DNA of 64,000 nt from a virus. Its lineage: Duplodnaviria > Heunggongvirae > Uroviricota > Caudoviricetes. The position numbers were made by a program, and so were the translations under genes. Under the pieces are notes generated by a model that saw nothing but the letters and a program-made list of their open reading frames with translations, made no database searches and was not told the origin of the DNA. Below are positions 59,098 through 64,000 of this stretch, piece by piece. Numbering within the stretch: position 1 is the stretch's first letter; each line of letters opens with the position of its first letter. Location of the stretch: positions 255,627 to 319,626 of the IMG/VR virus record IMGVR_UViG_3300029305_004950; one strand, 5' to 3'.

Positions 59098-59757
59098 TTA
59101 TTTCTCTGGATCAACTTCAGAAAAATACAGTTTTATTACATTATCTTGGTCTTCTTCATTTTCAAGATTTTCTACATTGTTTCTAAGTATAGTTAGTATT
59201 TCTTTTTTACTTTCAATAAGTTTCCTATTCTCATTCAATATGTAAGATTTTTCGTCTTGTAATTTCTTTATAGATTTCTTCATTCTTATCTTTTCTTCTT
59301 CTGATGTCTTTAAAGTTTTTTCAATTTTCTCTAACTTATCTAGTAATTCTAAGATGTAGTTTTCTATACTAGGTTTGTCTTCTTCTGGTGGGTTATCTTT
59401 TTTATATATTTCAGTATCATCAGTATTTGTCTCATTACTAGTTTCTTCTTTTATTGGTTCTTCTTTTGGTTTTTCTTCATTACTACAATTTTCTTCCATT
59501 ACTGTTTCTTCATTAATCTCTACATCAACAACTGGTTCTTCAGTATTACTAGATGTTGTATTTTCTTCCTTAGTTTGTTTGTCTTCAATTGCTTTTGAAG
59601 TTCTATACTTTCGTTTAAAGAATAGGAATTTTGGTTTGTCTTCTTTGATTGTGAATACTACTTCTTTAGGTAGTTGGTACTTGTTAGTAGCCACTATAAA
59701 GTCTAGTATCTCTTTCATCTCATTGTCATTGCATTTGATGTTTACACTTTTAATCAT
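59098..59757 (-). CDS. Hypothetical acidic/coiled-coil protein
   Basis: AGGAGG RBS; early-type motif upstream. Confidence 0.7.
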   Translation of the reverse strand: MIKSVNIKCNDNEMKEILDFIVATNKYQLPKEVVFTIKEDKPKFLFFKRKYRTSKAIEDKQTKEENTTSSNTEEPVVDVEINEETVMEENCSNEEKPKEEPIKEETSNETNTDDTEIYKKDNPPEEDKPSIENYILELLDKLEKIEKTLKTSEEEKIRMKKSIKKLQDEKSYILNENRKLIESKKEILTILRNNVENLENEEDQDNVIKLYFSEVDPEK

Positions 59758-59891
59758 AAAAATCCTCCTTATTTACTTTATTCTATATCATTAGAATATA
59801 TAACTATAAGGATTCATTATACGTTTTTATAAAAATATGAAAAACAATTCTATAATGAACTATTACTTTAAAAAGGAGTTGAAAGTGTATT

Positions 59892-61559
59892 ATGGTTTTA
59901 AATAAAGAAAATGTAGCTTTATTAAAGAGATATCCTATTCTTTATGAAGCTTATAACGATATAAAGAATACTGGTGAATTTGTTTTAACGGAAGCTAGTA
60001 AAGAGAAAGTAAAAGAAGATGTAGATAAGTATCTTGAGGATACTAAGAATCTTATTGAAGAATATAGAAAATCTACTAATAAGTTAAAGTTCAAAACTAA
60101 ACTATTCATTGCAATAGAATATGGTTTTGCTCTTCTTTCTATGGCTACTAGTTGGTTAGGTAAATACTTTAAAACTAGTGAAGTTATTCTAACTGCTATT
60201 ATGACACTTTTGAATGGTGCTATTGCCCTTATTAATAGTAACAAACTAACTAGTGAATATGACAAGTTAAGAAAGATTAGAGCACAACTTACAAAGACTA
60301 AAAAGAGTATTGATAATTCAGAAAAGATTGAACAAATTAACAAGATGATTGCTAAAATCGATAAGATTACTAAGTCTGGATTTAAGAGTGTTAAAGAAGA
60401 ATCTGTCAATTTAGAAGAGCTAGTTAATGAATCTTACGAACAGATGATAGTTTTTGAAGAAAATGTTCATAATCTATTTATGGATCTAGCTAAGAGTGAA
60501 CATAATGCTATTGTAAATGAAGATACTGTTTTGTTAAAAGAAGCAGAAGAAGATTTTAAGACTAAACTAACCAATTTCTTAAAAACAGCTTGGAACGAAT
60601 TTGTTAACTTCATTAATAAAGCAATTGCTACCATTTCTTCCTTACAAGTTAAGATTCAATCAATGTTCTTAAAAAAGGAAAAAGTAGAAAAGATTAAGAA
60701 GTTTGTAGAACATAATAGAGATGCTAGTGCATCAACTTTCTTTACTGCAACACTTAAGAAATTCAGTATTGAAAGTAGACAGCTTGATCGTATTGGTGAT
60801 TGGAAAGAATTAGATGAAGGAATTAATAAGATTGCAAGTCTTACTGATAGAAGTCTAGTTGGACATATTGACGAATTGAACAATGTTATTAACGATCTAA
60901 AGAAATTTAGAGGCGTAACTATGGAAGTTAACAGCAAATATGGTCTAAATTATGATATGTTTGGTCTTGGTAGAGCAACTGGCTTACTCGAAGATTGTTA
61001 TAATGTTTTTGAAAAACGTAAATCTTGGATTGATACTTTAAAGAGACTAAAGAATAATGGTCTAAAACAGTATAAAGAAGATTTAAAGAACATTCAAGAT
61101 GGAAAACTAAAGTCTCAGGATAAACTAAATGTTTCTAACATCAGAAGAGCTGTTAATTCTATTGTATTTTCTATTAACTATATGACTATTGATGCTATAA
61201 AGATAATGAATGCTTTTGATAAGACATATGAACATGAAAGCTATAGCAATAAGAGTAATAACAATAGTTATAGTAATACTGACTACGAATCTGAAAAGAA
61301 ACAAAAGTTCGAAGCTACTAAGGCTAAAGAACCTAGTGAACCTGAAATAGATAAATCTGATAGTTCTAAGTGGACTGATAATGGTGTTAGAATCTATAAG
61401 AATGGTGAATATGTAAATCTATCTCCTGATGAAAAAGAATGGTTAGAGTATATAAGAGAAATGGCTAAGAGCGAATATACTAACAATAGAGAGAAAGCTA
61501 AGATTCGTCAAAAAGCTATTAACAAAGGTTATACTAATGAATCTTATTTAGGATTCTAA
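59892..61559 (+). CDS. Paralogous internal head-like protein (two modules)
   Basis: Internal MDLAKSEHNAIVNEDTVLLKEAEEDFK; N-terminal hydrophobic hairpin; late motif at 59843-59854. Confidence 0.6.
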   Translation: MVLNKENVALLKRYPILYEAYNDIKNTGEFVLTEASKEKVKEDVDKYLEDTKNLIEEYRKSTNKLKFKTKLFIAIEYGFALLSMATSWLGKYFKTSEVILTAIMTLLNGAIALINSNKLTSEYDKLRKIRAQLTKTKKSIDNSEKIEQINKMIAKIDKITKSGFKSVKEESVNLEELVNESYEQMIVFEENVHNLFMDLAKSEHNAIVNEDTVLLKEAEEDFKTKLTNFLKTAWNEFVNFINKAIATISSLQVKIQSMFLKKEKVEKIKKFVEHNRDASASTFFTATLKKFSIESRQLDRIGDWKELDEGINKIASLTDRSLVGHIDELNNVINDLKKFRGVTMEVNSKYGLNYDMFGLGRATGLLEDCYNVFEKRKSWIDTLKRLKNNGLKQYKEDLKNIQDGKLKSQDKLNVSNIRRAVNSIVFSINYMTIDAIKIMNAFDKTYEHESYSNKSNNNSYSNTDYESEKKQKFEATKAKEPSEPEIDKSDSSKWTDNGVRIYKNGEYVNLSPDEKEWLEYIREMAKSEYTNNREKAKIRQKAINKGYTNESYLGF

Positions 61560-61722
61560 TATATGTAAATAAGGAATATCCATTTGGATATTCCTTATTT
61601 TTATCCTTTTATGAAAAACGCATTATCAACACTCCTAGATATATATTATAACTATAGTAGATATAGAATCATTATTCTATCATCTATAAAAAATAATAAA
61701 CATATTTTAGGAGGAAACAGAT

Positions 61723-62109
61723 ATGAAAGTGATTTACACTAAGAAGGAAATGGAACGAATAGAAAGAATGAGTAATAAGGTATCGATAGCTATGAATACA
61801 CCTATGGCTAAGATGGATGTTGCTAGTTTACAAGAAGAAGCTAATCTAACAAAATGTATGAAAGTTACTGAAGATGGTGATGAAGTAACTATTGAACTTG
61901 AAAGTGATTTTGTTATTGATTGTATCGATCTTTATGAAGGTCCTACAATGAAAATTGTTATTCTTATAATGTTGATGAAAGATACACTTACTGGTATCTT
62001 TAATTCTTTCTCTGAAAAACTTGAAGATTTTACTGAAAGATGGTTTAAGACTGACGATGATGAGACAGAAAAAAATGATGAAGAAGCAGAGGATTCTGAA
62101 GAAGAATAA
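61723..62109 (+). CDS. Hypothetical acidic early protein
   Basis: TATATATTATA at ~61640; AGGAGG RBS; terminator after. Confidence 0.7.
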   Translation: MKVIYTKKEMERIERMSNKVSIAMNTPMAKMDVASLQEEANLTKCMKVTEDGDEVTIELESDFVIDCIDLYEGPTMKIVILIMLMKDTLTGIFNSFSEKLEDFTERWFKTDDDETEKNDEEAEDSEEE

Positions 62110-62253
62110 CTACTGTTTCTAAAAATGATAGTTTACTTGATTTATGGAGTAAACTATCATTTTTTTTTTTGAAAGCATGTTGGAACATAGAAAAATTAAG
62201 AAAAACAATTCCATAATGGACATAAACAAATATAAGGATGTGATTCTGTCAAT

Positions 62254-63972
62254 ATGGACTTTAGTTGTTTAATAGAAGATTCTTATGAGAATCTTTTAGA
62301 ATATCAAAATATTCTACATAATTTAGATATGAAGATGATCAAATGCGAACATGTTTGTTTTATAAATGAAGATACCAATACTTTATTACTAGCTGAAGAA
62401 GAATATAATTCTAAGCTAAAAGATACTCTTAGAACTATATGGAATAAGATTATAGAGAAGTTAGAAGAATTCATTATTCTAATGAGAAAGATAATTAACA
62501 GATTTAGAAATACTTTCTTATTAAGTAAAGAATTTAAAGCTAGTATGGATAGTGTTATAAACAATCAAGCCTTTATTAAAAATCTTAATGATATAGTGTT
62601 TAAAGAGAACAAAGCTAGTAAAGTTAATGAAAGAGAAATTGAAATCAATTCCTTAGAAAAATCTAGTATGACATCTAGAGATGCTTTTATAATACTAAGT
62701 GATCCTGAAACTTTTAATAATAAACTAGTGGAGTCACTTAATACAATACTTGAAACTAAGGAATTTAATGAAACTACTGCTAAACAAGCTTTAGAAAATT
62801 TTTCTAAGTTTAAAAATAGTAAGCATACTAGTAAGTATAGTAAACTAACTAAAAATGAGATAGTGAATACTTATAATGTTTTAACTAAATATGCTCCTGA
62901 ATGGATTGGTTTATTTGAAAAGCTACGTAATGAAGCTAAACAGAAATCTAGATTAGTGTTTAATACTAACCCTGATAGAAATGCTGCTTTCCAAGCTAGT
63001 ATTTTCCAGAGAATGATTAATAAAGGTATTATGTATATTCAGTCTATTATGACTGCTTGTTTTAAAGTATGTTATGCTATTAAGAATGTGAATGTAACTA
63101 ACTATGATACAAATATAGTTAATGACCTAAATAGATTTAAAGATACTTTTAATAAAATAAAAAATACTAAAGATATTTTAAAACAGGGAAAATTTTTAAA
63201 AAAATTTATAGAAAAACTCATTCAATATAAAAAGCAGTTAATAGCTCAAAACAATATTAAAAATGAAGATACTGAAATAACATCTATTGAAGGATTAAAA
63301 GATGAATATTCAGATAAAGATATTACACATAAGTCTATACTGGGATATATAAACTTTTTAGATAACTTAATTAAAAAATCTACTATATTATATAAACAGA
63401 AAAAGCAAGCTGTTGATTACGTAGTACGAGAATGTGTAATTAAAGAATTAGTTAAAAGTAATGTAAGTGATGATAAAATATTACAATTACTAAATACTGG
63501 TAAACTAGAAGACAACATATATCTTCATTTACTATATTTTTATAGCAGTGGAAATAACGGAAACAATATAACTAATGGTACTAGATATCATACTGATAAG
63601 TACGGTAATACGATTGATGATTTATCTAGCGAAGATATTGAAATAGGCATTATAGCAGAAAAGTATTATAATTTAACTCATAGAGTTAATTACTGGGAAA
63701 AGAAAAACAAATTTAGTTATGGTCAATTGATCGATAGTTTCTTACAAGATTTTTATATCACTAAGTTTGGAAAAGAAAACTTACATTTTTCAAATTTACA
63801 AGGAAATCTTCCTAAAAATTTAGAAGAAAAACTTATTAAATCTATTAATGAAACAGCTGGTAGAACATTTAGACAAGATTTTAATAAGTTCTTTATTCTA
63901 TTAGCTAAATTAATAAAACGTTATAAGATAAACATCAAAATAACTTCTTCTAGACTTCCAATAGAACCATAA
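62254..63972 (+). CDS. Paralogous internal head-like protein with C-terminal extension
   Basis: MKMIKCEHVCFINEDTNTLLLAEEE; late motif at 62204-62215. Confidence 0.6.
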   Translation: MDFSCLIEDSYENLLEYQNILHNLDMKMIKCEHVCFINEDTNTLLLAEEEYNSKLKDTLRTIWNKIIEKLEEFIILMRKIINRFRNTFLLSKEFKASMDSVINNQAFIKNLNDIVFKENKASKVNEREIEINSLEKSSMTSRDAFIILSDPETFNNKLVESLNTILETKEFNETTAKQALENFSKFKNSKHTSKYSKLTKNEIVNTYNVLTKYAPEWIGLFEKLRNEAKQKSRLVFNTNPDRNAAFQASIFQRMINKGIMYIQSIMTACFKVCYAIKNVNVTNYDTNIVNDLNRFKDTFNKIKNTKDILKQGKFLKKFIEKLIQYKKQLIAQNNIKNEDTEITSIEGLKDEYSDKDITHKSILGYINFLDNLIKKSTILYKQKKQAVDYVVRECVIKELVKSNVSDDKILQLLNTGKLEDNIYLHLLYFYSSGNNGNNITNGTRYHTDKYGNTIDDLSSEDIEIGIIAEKYYNLTHRVNYWEKKNKFSYGQLIDSFLQDFYITKFGKENLHFSNLQGNLPKNLEEKLIKSINETAGRTFRQDFNKFFILLAKLIKRYKINIKITSSRLPIEP

Positions 63973-64000
63973 CAAAAAAAAATGAATTTAGTGAATTTCT

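Noticed and set aside
2786-62564. Short shadow ORFs (e.g. 2786, 4616, 13454, 24821, 24834, 32159, 46527, 59375, 59951)
   Set aside because: They are antisense or off-frame shadows of long genes, often Ser/Phe/Leu-rich, with no RBS.
1-64000. Stop-codon reassignment
   Set aside because: Long genes are intact in code 11, TAG and TGA end real genes, and there is no suppressor tRNA; gene breaks are explained by introns.

Overview
This is a very AT-rich segment of a jumbo myophage of the phiKZ/AR9(PBS1)-like type, probably infecting a Firmicute (strong GGAGG RBSs, TTG starts). It encodes tail sheath and tube, portal, tape measure, baseplate and a family of paralogous internal-head-like proteins. 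It also encodes a split family-B DNA polymerase half, an SbcC/gp46 ATPase, RusA, multisubunit RNA polymerase subunits and a cluster of 8 tRNAs, including rare Ile(UAU) and Ser(ACU). Four group I introns can be delimited to the nucleotide: two in the portal gene around a 48-nt micro-exon, and two in an RNAP beta gene. The main observation is that both RNAP introns lack a recognisable homing endonuclease. Instead they carry complete antisense expression cassettes in the P6a loop, each with its own promoter, RBSs and terminator: five small genes in one intron, and an 8-repeat Myb-like protein with constant scaffolds and variable putative recognition helices in the other. These cassettes share a promoter and a covarying 28-nt hairpin with a free-standing cassette nearby. 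Other candidates are a TIGR-like 36-nt dual-repeat mini-array at 11.3-11.4 kb, unannotated structured RNAs in the tRNA cluster, and AR9-type AACA-N6-TA late promoters. All calls come from reading motifs by eye; no database searches or folding programs were run.
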